The position numbers were made by a program, and so were the translations under genes. Source: an uncultured delta proteobacterium (lineage in GTDB: Bacteria > Myxococcota_A > Polyangia > Polyangiales > Polyangiaceae). Taken from it: a DNA stretch of 64,000 bases. The stretch covers positions 3,584,001 to 3,648,000 of the forward strand of contig CAWAIF010000003.1 in the NCBI GenBank assembly GCA_963782055.1, given 5' to 3'. The notes beneath the pieces are model-generated. The model had not been told where the DNA came from. It ran no database searches and worked only from the letters and a program-made list of their open reading frames with translations. Shown here one piece after another: positions 7,666 to 18,638 of the stretch. Positions within the stretch are counted from its first letter, which is position 1. Each line of letters starts with the position of its first letter.

Positions 7666-8739
7666 ATGGAAGCGACCTCGCTGTCCTTCGAGCTGGAGAG
7701 GCTGCTCGTGCGCGAGTTCCTCGACGAGTGGCGCAACGTCAACCGGTCCTACTTCAAGGGCGCGCTGACGGCGCCGGTGCTCTCGCTCGCCGAGCATCGC
7801 TCGCACCTCGGGCGGTGGACCTCGGCGACACGCACGCTGGAGCTCTCCCGCCCGCTGGTGCTGGAGCGGCCGTGGGGCGTCGTCGTGGAGGTGCTCAAGC
7901 ACGAGATGGCGCACCAGTACGTCCACGAGGTGCTCGGCCGCACCGACGAGACGGCGCACGGCCCCGCGTTCCGGGAGGTGTGCGCGCGCCTGGGGATCGA
8001 CGCCGCTGCGGCGGGCATGCCGGACGCGCCGGCGCCGGTGGAGGACCGCATCGCGCCGCGCATCGCGCGCCTGCTCGCCCTCGCCGAGAGCCCCAACGTC
8101 CACGAGGCGGAGGCGGCGATGGCCGCGGCCCAGCGGCTGATGCTCAAGTACAACCTGGAGGCGCGCTCCGCCGGCACGCGCGGCGCGTACGGCTTCCGCC
8201 ACCTGGGGCCGCCCTCCGGGCGCGTCGGCGAGCCGGACCGGCTGCTGGCGATGATCCTGGCGAAGCACTTCTTCGTGGAGGTGATCTGGGTGCCCGTCTA
8301 CCGCCCGCGGGAGGGCAAGCGCGGCAGCGTGCTGGAGGTGTGCGGCACGCCGGAGAACCTGGCGCTCGCCGAGCACGTGCACTCCTTCCTGCGCCACACC
8401 GCCGAGCGCCTCTGGGTCGAGCACAAGCGCGCGGGCGGGCTGCGCGGCAACCGCGACCGCCGCGTCTTCCTCGCCGGGGTGATGGCCGGCTTCGCCGAGA
8501 AGCTGGCGTGGCAGGCGAAGTCCAACCGCTCGCGCGGGCTGGTGTGGGTGAAGGACGGCGACCTGGAGCAGTTCTACCGGCGCCGGCACCCGCACATCCG
8601 CAACGTGCGCTACGGCGGGCAGCGCCGCAGCGACGCGTTCGCCCACGGCAAGGAGGCCGGCAAGCGCATCGTCATCCATCGCCCCGTGAAGGCGGCGGGG
8701 GGTTATCATGGTCGACTCCTCGGGCCTTCCCGGAGCTGA
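7666..8739 (+). CDS. SprT-like zinc metalloprotease with DUF2786-like domain
   Basis: HEMAH and HGPAF motifs; RIARLLALAESPNVHEAEAAMAAAQRLMLKYNL. Confidence 0.85.
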   Translation: MEATSLSFELERLLVREFLDEWRNVNRSYFKGALTAPVLSLAEHRSHLGRWTSATRTLELSRPLVLERPWGVVVEVLKHEMAHQYVHEVLGRTDETAHGPAFREVCARLGIDAAAAGMPDAPAPVEDRIAPRIARLLALAESPNVHEAEAAMAAAQRLMLKYNLEARSAGTRGAYGFRHLGPPSGRVGEPDRLLAMILAKHFFVEVIWVPVYRPREGKRGSVLEVCGTPENLALAEHVHSFLRHTAERLWVEHKRAGGLRGNRDRRVFLAGVMAGFAEKLAWQAKSNRSRGLVWVKDGDLEQFYRRRHPHIRNVRYGGQRRSDAFAHGKEAGKRIVIHRPVKAAGGYHGRLLGPSRS

Positions 8740-8741
8740 CG

Positions 8742-9227
8742 ATGGGGAAGCTGATCTTCTCGACCGCTTTCGGACCATGCGTGCTGGAGTACGGCAGCGC
8801 GGGCGTGACGCGCATCGCCCTGCGCCGCGGCCGCGCGCCGGCGAAGCGGGCCGACGAGGACGTGCCCCGCTTCGTGCGCGCGGCGGCGCGGCGCATCGCG
8901 CTGCACCTGTCCGGCCACCCGCAGGACCTGCGGGCGGTGCCGCTGGACCTCTCGCTGGTGCCGCCCTTCCACCGCCGCGTCTACGAGGTCGCGCGGCGCG
9001 TGCGGTCCGGGCAGACGATCACCTACGGGGAGCTGGCCGCGCGCGTCGGCTCCCCCGGCGCCGCCCGCTCGGTGGGCCAGGCGATGGCCCGCAACCCCTT
9101 CCTCATCGTGGTGCCGTGCCACCGCGTGCTCGGGGCTGGCGCGCGCCTGGGTGGCTTCTCGGCCCCGGGAGGCGTCAAGACGAAGGCCCGGCTCCTGGAG
9201 CTCGAGGGCTCGCGGCAGCGCGCATGA
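8742..9227 (+). CDS. ogt: Methylated-DNA-[protein]-cysteine S-methyltransferase
   Basis: TITYGELA, ARSVGQAM and VPCHRV active site. Confidence 0.92.
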   Translation: MGKLIFSTAFGPCVLEYGSAGVTRIALRRGRAPAKRADEDVPRFVRAAARRIALHLSGHPQDLRAVPLDLSLVPPFHRRVYEVARRVRSGQTITYGELAARVGSPGAARSVGQAMARNPFLIVVPCHRVLGAGARLGGFSAPGGVKTKARLLELEGSRQRA

Positions 9228-9883
9228 CCCTGCCCTTCGACGCCGGGGAGGCGCTGCGCGCGGTGACCGGGCGGGACGCGCCGCTGGCGAAGCTCGCCGC
9301 GCGCGTCCCCTTCACGCTGCAGATCGCGCCGCGCGCCGGCGTGTTCGATGCGCTCGCGCGGTCCATCCTCTACCAGCAGCTCAACGGCAAGGCGGCGGCG
9401 ACGATCCACGGTCGCTTCCTCGCCCTCGCCCGGCCGAAGGCGGACGGCGTCGACTGGACCTCCACCCCCACCGACCCGCGGCGCGTGCTCCGGCTGAAGG
9501 ACACCTCGCTGCGCGCCGCCGGCGTCTCCGGCAACAAGGTGCTCGCCATCCGCAATCTCGCGCGCAAGGTCCAGGACGGCACGGTCCCCCCGATGGAGGA
9601 GCTCGCGGCGATGGACGACGAGGCCATCGTGGAGCGCCTCACCGCCGTGCGCGGCATCGGCCGCTGGACCGTGCACATGCTCCTCATCTTCCGCCTCGGC
9701 CGCCCCGACGTGCTCCCCGTCGACGACTACGGCGTCCGCCAGGGCTTCGCGCGTCTCTATCGCAAGAAGGAGCTCCCCTCGCCCGCCGACCTCGCCCGCC
9801 GCGCCGAGCGCTGGCGCCCGTACCGCACCGTCGGCAGCTGGTACATGTGGCGCGCCGTCGAGCACCTCCCCCCGCGCAAGTAG
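9224..9883 (+). CDS. alkA: DNA-3-methyladenine glycosylase II (HhH-GPD)
   Basis: ILYQQL, VRGIGRWT (HhH), LPVDDYGV and WRPYRT. Confidence 0.88.
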   Translation: MTLPFDAGEALRAVTGRDAPLAKLAARVPFTLQIAPRAGVFDALARSILYQQLNGKAAATIHGRFLALARPKADGVDWTSTPTDPRRVLRLKDTSLRAAGVSGNKVLAIRNLARKVQDGTVPPMEELAAMDDEAIVERLTAVRGIGRWTVHMLLIFRLGRPDVLPVDDYGVRQGFARLYRKKELPSPADLARRAERWRPYRTVGSWYMWRAVEHLPPRK

Positions 9884-9910
9884 GGCATCCTTGTGTAGGA
9901 TGCGGGCCCC

Positions 9911-11992
9911 ATGCGCTCTCGCCTCCTCCTCCCGCTCGCCCTCGCCGCCGTCACCGCCCTCGCCGCCACCGCCCGCGCCGACGAGGGCATGTGGCCCTTC
10001 AACATGGTGCCCAAGGCGCAGATCCAGAAGGACCACGGCGTCGCCCTCACCGACGCGTGGCTGGACCACCTGCGCCTCTCCACGGTGCGCATCTCCAGCG
10101 GCGGCACCGGCTCCTTCGTCTCGCGCGGCGGGCTGCTGCTCACCAACCATCACGTCGCCTCGGAGTGCATCGCCAACCTCGCCTCCGCCACGCACAACTA
10201 CATGGACGAAGGCTTCCTCGCCGGGCGGGACGGCCCGGAGGCGAGGTGCCCGAACATCGCCGCGGACGTGCTGGAGACGATGGAGGACGTCACCGACAAG
10301 GTGACCGCCGCGCGCAAGCCGCAGATGAGCGACGCCGACGCCAACACCGCCATGAAGGCGGCGATGAGCGAGCTGGAGAAGTCCTGCACCGAGAAGAACA
10401 AGGCGGCGCTGGGCGACGCGCGGTGCGAGGTGGTCACGCTCTACGCCGGCGCGAAGTATCAGCTGTACACCTACAAGCGCTACACCGACCTGCGGCTGGT
10501 CTTCGCCCCGGAGGCGAAGATCGCCTTCTTCGGCGGCGACCCGGACAACTTCACCTACCCGCGCTTCGACCTGGACATGGCGCTCTTCCGCGCCTACGAG
10601 GGCGGCAAGCCCGTCGCCCTGAAGGACTGGCTGACGTGGAACCCGGCGGGCGCAAAGGACGGCGAGACGGTCTTCGTGAGCGGCAACCCGGGCAGGACCG
10701 GGCGGCTGTCCACCGTCGCGCAGCTCGAGCAGCTCCGCGACACCGTCTACCCGTACGTCATCGACGCCCTGAAGCGCGAGCGCGACCTCCTGCAGAAGCT
10801 GGGCGCGCAGGGGCCGGAGTACGAGCGCGAGGCGCGCGAGGAGCTCTTCGGCGTGCAGAACGCCATCAAGGCGCTGGACGGCTACGAGCGCGGCCTGCGC
10901 GACCCCGCGCTGATGAAGAAGAAGCGCGACGACGAGGCGGCGCTGGTGAAGGCCATCAAGGCGGACCCCAAGCTGAAGGCCGAGTACGGCACCACCTTCT
11001 CCGACGTCGCCAGGGTGGAGGCGAAGGTGCGCACGCTCTACAGGCCCTACTTCGCGCTGGAGCGCACGGGCGGCTCCGAGCTGCTCGGCTTCGCGCGGAC
11101 GCTGGTGCGCTGGGCGGACGAGCGCTCGCTGTCGAGCGACAAGCGCCTGCGCGAGTACGGCGACGCCAACATGGATCAGGTCAAGCAGCAGCTCTTCTCC
11201 GCCGCCCCCGTCTACGGCGCGGTGGAGGTGGTGCTGGTGCGCGCGTGGATGGAGCGGGCCCAGCGCACGCTGGCGGGCAAGCCCATCCTGGCCAGGATCC
11301 TCCACGGCGAGACGCCCGCACGCGCCGCGCAGGAGCTCGTCGCTCGCTCCAAGCTCTTCGACGTCTACGCTCGCAAGCGGCTCTTCGCGGGCGGAAAGGC
11401 CGCCATCGCCGCCTCGCACGACCCGGCGATCGAGCTCATGCGCGCCATCGACCCCGACGCCCGCGCGATCCGCAAGCAGTACGAGGACGACGTGGAGGCC
11501 CCGATGCGCCAGCTCGGCAAGAAGGTCGCGCAGGCCACCTTCGCGGTGCGCGGCCAGAGCATGATGCCCGACGCGACCTTCACCCTGCGCCTCTCGGTCG
11601 GCGTGGTGAAGGGCTACACCGAGCACGGCAAGGCCATCCCCTTCGCCACCGACTTCACCGGCATGTACGCCCACGCCACGGGCAAGGACCCCTACGCCCT
11701 GCCGCCGCGCTGGCTGCAGAAGAAGGGCGCCCTCAAGCTGGGCACCAAGCTGGACTTCGTCTCCACCGACGACATCATCGGCGGCAACAGCGGCAGCCCG
11801 GTGGTGGACGCCAAGGGGCAGCTCGTCGGGCTCATCTTCGACGGCAACATCAGCAGTCTGCCCAACAACTTCATCTACCGCGAGGTGACCGAGCGCGCCG
11901 TCAGCGTCGACTCCTCCGGCATGCTCGAGGCGCTCCGTGACGTCTACGGCGCCGGCGCCCTCGCCGACGAGATCCTCGGAAAACGCATGTAG
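9911..11992 (+). CDS. S46 family dipeptidyl peptidase
   Basis: ARA|DEGMW, TGSFVS..LLLTNHH, GGDPDNF and DIIGGNSGSP. Confidence 0.95.
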   Translation: MRSRLLLPLALAAVTALAATARADEGMWPFNMVPKAQIQKDHGVALTDAWLDHLRLSTVRISSGGTGSFVSRGGLLLTNHHVASECIANLASATHNYMDEGFLAGRDGPEARCPNIAADVLETMEDVTDKVTAARKPQMSDADANTAMKAAMSELEKSCTEKNKAALGDARCEVVTLYAGAKYQLYTYKRYTDLRLVFAPEAKIAFFGGDPDNFTYPRFDLDMALFRAYEGGKPVALKDWLTWNPAGAKDGETVFVSGNPGRTGRLSTVAQLEQLRDTVYPYVIDALKRERDLLQKLGAQGPEYEREAREELFGVQNAIKALDGYERGLRDPALMKKKRDDEAALVKAIKADPKLKAEYGTTFSDVARVEAKVRTLYRPYFALERTGGSELLGFARTLVRWADERSLSSDKRLREYGDANMDQVKQQLFSAAPVYGAVEVVLVRAWMERAQRTLAGKPILARILHGETPARAAQELVARSKLFDVYARKRLFAGGKAAIAASHDPAIELMRAIDPDARAIRKQYEDDVEAPMRQLGKKVAQATFAVRGQSMMPDATFTLRLSVGVVKGYTEHGKAIPFATDFTGMYAHATGKDPYALPPRWLQKKGALKLGTKLDFVSTDDIIGGNSGSPVVDAKGQLVGLIFDGNISSLPNNFIYREVTERAVSVDSSGMLEALRDVYGAGALADEILGKRM

Positions 11993-12044
11993 TCTGCAAA
12001 AGTCGAGCGCATGGCCCCCCGGGTCGCTACCATGACCTGGACCG

Positions 12045-13448
12045 ATGGCGACGGACGAGGACAGCTACGAGCTCTCCGAGGGCACCCGCCTGCTCGATCG
12101 TTACGTGGTCATCGACCGCGTGACCGGCGGCGGGATGGCGTCCATCTACCGCGCCACCGACGAGCGCCTGGACCGCGTGGTGTGCGTGAAGCTGCTGCGC
12201 CTGGTGCTCGAGGCGGGCAGCACCAGCGGCAGCGCCGTCTACCGCGCCACCTACTCGCACTTCCTCCAGGAGGCGCTGGCCCTCTCCCGGCTGATGCACC
12301 CCAACACCCTGAAGATCTACGACTTCGGCTACCTGGAGGAGTCGGGGAGGCCCTTCCAGATCAGCGAGTTTCTGGACGGCGGCCACCTGGAGCACCTGTT
12401 GCGCCGGCGCGGGGCGCTCCCCGCCGAGCAGGTGCTCTCCATCCTGGAGCCCATGGGCGGCGCACTCGCCGAGGCGCACGATCACGGCATCATCCACCGC
12501 GACGTCAAGCCGTCCAACATCCTCTTTGGCCGCATCGGCGGGTCGCTGGTGCCGAAGCTGGCCGACTTCGGCATCGCGCACTCCAACGTGAAGCGGGCCC
12601 AGGCCGACGAGGACGAGCCGGTCAGCGTCGTCACCCTCTTCTCGCCGCGCTGGGCGGCACCGGAGCAGCTCGCCGGCGGCGCCTCCAGCACGGCGACCGA
12701 CGTCTACGCCCTCGCGCTGGTCACCGTGTTCATGCTCCTCGGCCGGTCCATGTTCGACGGCAAGGAGGTGCGCGCCACCTTCCCCGAGCGGATCACCGGC
12801 GACGCGCTCGTCACCCGCAGGCTCGCGGAGATGGGCGTCCCCTTCGCCGCGCAGGCCGTCTTCCTGCGGGCGCTCCGCGCGCATCCGAGCCAGCGCACCC
12901 AGAGCGTGACCCAGTTCGTCCGTGAGCTGCGTGCCGCCCTCAACGGACCCACCAGCATGCACCCGCCGCCCCCGCGGCCCCCCAGCATCACGACGGAGAT
13001 TGACGTCCCGACCTCCCGCGCCGCCCCCGCGCCACACGAGGTGCGCTTCGGGGCCCACTCGGCCCGGATGGTCACCGTGGACGAGCGCCTGGACCTGACC
13101 ATCCCCACCCCGGCGGGGGTGGAGGCGCGCGTCCGGCTCACCTTCGTCCCCAGCCTGGATGGCTACCGGCTGAACATCAAGGGGCTGAACTGCTTCGTCG
13201 CCAAGGAGGGGCGCCCGGCGGCGGCGGCGCTGGCCGACAGGGACGGCTCGGTGGAGCTGCTCACCAGCGCCCGCGAGCGCATGGGAACGCTGCGATACTC
13301 CTTCGGCACGGTGGTGGGTGGCGACCGCGTCTTTGGGGTGAACGGCGACCAGTTGGTGGTACCCTTGCATGAGGCGGCACGGTCCGTGGCCGTCATGCTG
13401 GACACCGGCGAGGTCGTCGTGATGTCCCAGAGGAGCGGAGCGGCTTGA
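12045..13448 (+). CDS. Ser/Thr protein kinase (Hanks type) with an unknown beta-rich C-terminal domain
   Basis: GGGMASIY, VCVK, HRDVKPSN, DFG, WAAPE and DVYAL. Confidence 0.92.
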   Translation: MATDEDSYELSEGTRLLDRYVVIDRVTGGGMASIYRATDERLDRVVCVKLLRLVLEAGSTSGSAVYRATYSHFLQEALALSRLMHPNTLKIYDFGYLEESGRPFQISEFLDGGHLEHLLRRRGALPAEQVLSILEPMGGALAEAHDHGIIHRDVKPSNILFGRIGGSLVPKLADFGIAHSNVKRAQADEDEPVSVVTLFSPRWAAPEQLAGGASSTATDVYALALVTVFMLLGRSMFDGKEVRATFPERITGDALVTRRLAEMGVPFAAQAVFLRALRAHPSQRTQSVTQFVRELRAALNGPTSMHPPPPRPPSITTEIDVPTSRAAPAPHEVRFGAHSARMVTVDERLDLTIPTPAGVEARVRLTFVPSLDGYRLNIKGLNCFVAKEGRPAAAALADRDGSVELLTSARERMGTLRYSFGTVVGGDRVFGVNGDQLVVPLHEAARSVAVMLDTGEVVVMSQRSGAA

Positions 13449-15337
13449 CGCAACGAAACTCACCGACGGCGAGCGACACCCCGGAGGAGCTCGAGCCTCT
13501 CCGGAGCGGGACCACGCCCGACGGAGTTCCCGCGGCCGCGGCGTCGTCGGGCCCGGTGCCGCGTCCCTTCGCCCGGCCGGCCACCCCCACCACGCCCTTT
13601 TCCCCGCAGAACGCGGTGCATCAGGCGATCGCCGCCGGGACAGCGGGCCCCCCGCCGGTGCCCGCTCGCCCCCCCGGGGCCTCCTCCGGTCCGCCGCCGG
13701 TGCCCTCGCGCCCGCCGCCCTACCCCCCGCCTCCGGTGGCGGCTGCCCCTTCCTTCACCCCGCCGCCGCCGTCCTACACCCCGGCTCCCGGCTTCAGCCA
13801 GCCGCCGCCCCCGGTGGGGCTCCGCGCCGACGCCGGGGCGGCCACCTCCCGCGCCCGCGGCTCGCTCCTGCGGTCGCGCGGGTACGCCTTCCTGCTCAAC
13901 GCCCAGGGCCTCCCGATCGAGGTGGGCTCTGGCCGCTTCGCCAAGGCCTACCTGGGGGAGGAGCGCTGGCTGGAGTCCAAGACCGACTTCCGCCGGCAGA
14001 TCGTCATCAAGATCCTGCAGAAGGGCGTGAGCGAAGAGGACGCCATGCGCTTCCAGATGGAGAAGGAGCTGCTCGAGCGCGTCCAGGGCCACCCCAACGT
14101 GATCCGCCTCTTCGCCTCCGGCGAGGGCGACGACGCCGAGTTCATCCCGCCCTCCATCCGTGATCAGGTCGAGTCGGAGTACATGATCCTGGAGAAGCTC
14201 GACATGTCGCTCGAGGAGCGGCTGAAGGGCTCGCGCGGCGGCAGCCAGAAGGAAGACCTGCTCGCCTTCAGCATGCAGGAGCGGATCTTCCGCGTGCTCG
14301 ACTACATGATCCCCACCGCCTCGGCGATCGAGTACGCCCACCTCGTCCGCAACATCTGCCACCGGGACATCAAGCCGGCCAACGTCCTGGTCGCCCTCCC
14401 CGACCCGAACCTGCGCGGCTCCACCCTGGAGGTGCGCCTGGCGGACTTCAACGTCGCCAAGCTGCACGACGACGACGTCAGCATCCGGATGACGCAGCTC
14501 CGCTCGGTGCCCGGCACCCTCTTCTTCCAGAGCCCCGAGCAGGAGACGAACATCATCGAGCTGCTCGTCAACGTCCAGCAGGGCGTGGCGGAGGTGGAGT
14601 TCTTCGAGGACTTCTACATCCAGATCGAGAAAAACGACACCTTCTCCCTCTTCAACCGCGGCGAGCAGTACCCGGTGCTCTACGCCGACCGCGCGCGCAA
14701 GCGCATCATGCTGGCACGCCCGTACCGCGGCCCCTCCGAGACCAACGTCCGCGCGCGCATCCAGAAGAGCGTCGGGCGCCCGGCGGACATCTACTCGCTC
14801 GGGGCGATGTTCTACTACCTGATCTCCGGGGCCTACGCGAACCCGAAGACCCTCTACGACACCTTCCACAAGTTCATCGAGTACGAGCGCACCGAGGAGA
14901 CGAACACCATCGAGGGCTACCTCGCCCACGAGTACTCGGTGATCAACTCCTTGCGCGCGCCCAAGAGCGAGGACGGCGTGGAGCTCGCCCCGGCCGACCG
15001 CTTCTTCACCTACAAGCACTACCTGGACGGCAACGGCGAGCTCATCGACCCGCACGTCATGCGGATCATCGCCCGCTGCATGATCCGCAACAAGCCGGAC
15101 AGCTACTGCCAGGCGCACGACACCGAGACGCGCGGCGTGAGCGACCTGGTGCAGGATCTGATCGAGCTCTACACCATCTTCGGCGTGCACCCCGCGGCGC
15201 GGCCCCCGCACCTGGGCCGCATGGGCGGCGGGCACAGCAAGCCGAAGAAGCGGTCGCTGGACCGGGTGGGGAGCACGGTGCGCTGGTGGTGGGCGAGCTT
15301 CATGCAGACCCTGCGAGGCGGCAAGAAGCGCAAGTGA
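13445..15337 (+). CDS. Atypical Ser/Thr protein kinase (Pro-rich N-terminus, DFN, large insert)
   Basis: [34 protein letters not shown] and ADIYSLG; TTG start overlaps the previous stop. Confidence 0.88.
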   Translation: MTQRNSPTASDTPEELEPLRSGTTPDGVPAAAASSGPVPRPFARPATPTTPFSPQNAVHQAIAAGTAGPPPVPARPPGASSGPPPVPSRPPPYPPPPVAAAPSFTPPPPSYTPAPGFSQPPPPVGLRADAGAATSRARGSLLRSRGYAFLLNAQGLPIEVGSGRFAKAYLGEERWLESKTDFRRQIVIKILQKGVSEEDAMRFQMEKELLERVQGHPNVIRLFASGEGDDAEFIPPSIRDQVESEYMILEKLDMSLEERLKGSRGGSQKEDLLAFSMQERIFRVLDYMIPTASAIEYAHLVRNICHRDIKPANVLVALPDPNLRGSTLEVRLADFNVAKLHDDDVSIRMTQLRSVPGTLFFQSPEQETNIIELLVNVQQGVAEVEFFEDFYIQIEKNDTFSLFNRGEQYPVLYADRARKRIMLARPYRGPSETNVRARIQKSVGRPADIYSLGAMFYYLISGAYANPKTLYDTFHKFIEYERTEETNTIEGYLAHEYSVINSLRAPKSEDGVELAPADRFFTYKHYLDGNGELIDPHVMRIIARCMIRNKPDSYCQAHDTETRGVSDLVQDLIELYTIFGVHPAARPPHLGRMGGGHSKPKKRSLDRVGSTVRWWWASFMQTLRGGKKRK

Positions 15338-15382
15338 GCCTCACCCCCGCGGGGGGGGCGCCGTCACCGGCTTGTCGAGGGC

Positions 15383-16301
15383 TCAGTGGCGCACCGCGCT
15401 GGACGGCGCGGCCGCGGCGATCTGCACGTCGTCCTGCGACGGCTCGGGCCGGTTCGGCTTGTAGGCGTGCTCGGGGCCGGGGAAGGTGCCCGCGCGCACC
15501 TCGCGCACGTAGTCGCCGACCGCGCCGACGACGGCGTCGCCCAGGGCGGCGAAGCGCTTGGCGAACTTGGGCGAGTGCCCGCGCGACATGCCGAGCAGAT
15601 CGGTGCAGACGAGCACCTGCCCGTCGCACCCCACGCCGGCGCCGATGCCGATCGTCGGGACGCGCACCGCTTGGGTCACGCGCGCGGCGAGGTCCGGGGG
15701 GATGGCCTCCAGCACGATGCAGAAGGCGCCCGCGCTCTCCAGCGCGACGGCGTCCCGCACCACCTGCTCGGCGGCGTCGTCTCCCCTGCCCTGCACCTTG
15801 AAGCCGCCCATGGCGTGGACGCTCTGCGGGAGCAGCCCCACGTGCCCGACGACAGGGATACCCGCCCGCACGATGCGCAGCACGTGCTCGGCGAAGGCCT
15901 CCCCGCCCTCCAGCTTGACGCTCTCGAAGGCGCCGTCCTTCATCATCCGGCCGGCGCTCTCCACCGCCTGGAGCGAGGAGACCTGGTAGCTCATGAAGGG
16001 CATGTCGCCGACGACGTGCGCCCGCCCCACCCCGCGCGCGACGGCGCGGCCGTGGTAGCAGAATCTCGTCGAGCGTCACCGGGATGGTGTTCTGCAGGCC
16101 CTGCACCACCATCCCGAGCGAGTCACCCACCAGGACCATGTCGACGCCCGCCTCGTCCACGAGACGCGCCATGGTGAAATCGTAGGCGGTCACCATCGCG
16201 ATGGCGTCGCCTTCTCCTGCCGTCGACTTCCGGGCCCGAAGCTCCGGTGCCGTGATCTTGCGCGCGCCGCCGGGCGCGCGCGCGCTGTTCGTGTTGTACA
16301 T
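15383..16301 (-). pseudogene. panB: 3-methyl-2-oxobutanoate hydroxymethyltransferase with a +1 frameshift near 16062 (possibly a sequencing error)
   Basis: MVTAYD...LVGDSLGM in one frame; GDMPF, VKLEGG, GHVGL, TIGIGAG and DGQVLV in another. Removing one A from GAATC (16061-16065) gives the continuous reading [13 protein letters not shown]. Confidence 0.9.
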
Positions 16302-16418
16302 GCGATCCTCGGGTCGCCGCTCGAAGGTCGAGTCGACGCCTGTGGGGAACTTAGCCCCAGACGAGGCGTCGGGCAAGATGAGTCAAGGCCGAATCTCGGT
16401 GCTAATGTCCCGTGCCGC

Positions 16419-16856
16419 ATGCGCCGCGCCCACCTGATCCTCGGGCCCCTCGCCCTCGCCGTCGCGCTGGGGGCGTGCGACCGGCCTCCCTCCTCCGACA
16501 AGGCCACGGTGTGGACACCGGCGGACCACGATCAGCTCGACCCCTCGCAGAAGGTGGCGGGCCCTCAGGTCAACGCGAAGCCCGCCGCGGGCCAGGGCGG
16601 CGCCAAGACCCTCATCGAGATCACCTGGATGCAGAACTGCTCCGCGTGCCACGGCGAGACCGGCCACGGCGACGGCCCCAACGGGCCGATGGTCAAGGCG
16701 CCCGACCTCACCCGCGACGACTGGCAGGCCACCGTCAGCGACGCGCAGATCGCCGCGCGCATCAAGAGCGGCAAGGGCCTCATGCCCAAGTTCGACATGC
16801 CCGACTCCACCCTGCAGGGGCTGGTGGCGCGGATCCGGGCGCTGCGGGGGAAGTGA
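16419..16856 (+). CDS. Monoheme cytochrome c lipoprotein
   Basis: Lipobox LGAC; CSACHG..GHGDGP; GKGLMPKF. Confidence 0.88.
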   Translation: MRRAHLILGPLALAVALGACDRPPSSDKATVWTPADHDQLDPSQKVAGPQVNAKPAAGQGGAKTLIEITWMQNCSACHGETGHGDGPNGPMVKAPDLTRDDWQATVSDAQIAARIKSGKGLMPKFDMPDSTLQGLVARIRALRGK

Positions 16857-16859
16857 CCA

Positions 16860-17242
16860 GTGCGGAGGCGGGCGTCCCTCCTCGTCTTCGCCATCCTGGG
16901 CGCGGCGCTCTATTTCTTCCTGGCCCCCCGCTGGCCCAAGGACCAGTCGGTGAACGTGGTCCTGGGCGATGGGGCGAGCCGCGTCCGCGAGGTGACGCTA
17001 CGCTACGAGAGCGCCGGCGACGACGCCTGGTCGCGCGAGGCCACCTTCCTGTACGACGAGAACAAGGCCCCGCGCGTCGTGCACCACGCGCCGCGCCTAC
17101 CCGACGGAGACTACGTGGTCGAGATCGAGCTACAGAGCGACGCCGGAGCGACGACCGTCTCGCGCAACGTGGCGCTGCGCGGCGGGTCGACATCCATCGA
17201 CGTCGCCGACGCCCTGACCTCCCTCGCCCACGCCGGAGCCCC

Positions 17243-17246
<4 letters not shown>
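16860..17246 (+). CDS. Membrane-anchored hypothetical protein (Ig-like)
   Basis: N-terminal transmembrane segment and beta-rich body; coupled to both neighbours. Confidence 0.7.
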
Positions 17247-18589
<1,343 letters not shown>

Positions 18590-18597
18590 CCCTTCTT

Positions 18598-18638
18598 CTC
18601 CCCCCTCCCTCGTAGGGAGACGGGGCCGGGGGGTGAGG
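18598..18638. repeat. REP-like extragenic palindrome between convergent genes
   Basis: Minus strand reads CCTCACCCCCCGGCCCCGTCTCCCTACGAGGGAGGGGGGAG with hairpin CTCCCT-CGT-AGGGAG. A related short CCTCACCCCCGCGGGGGG lies at 15339-15360, also between convergent genes. Confidence 0.5.

Noticed and set aside
9023..11940. 883-aa minus-strand and 929-aa plus-strand ORFs over the S46 peptidase
   Set aside because: Shadow ORFs typical of high-GC DNA: antisense or Arg/Gly/Pro-rich alternate frames with no motifs. The same applies to most overlapping ORFs in the track.
13500..13860. C-rich repetitive tract
   Set aside because: Explained by the Pro-rich N-terminus of the kinase; not a DNA repeat element.
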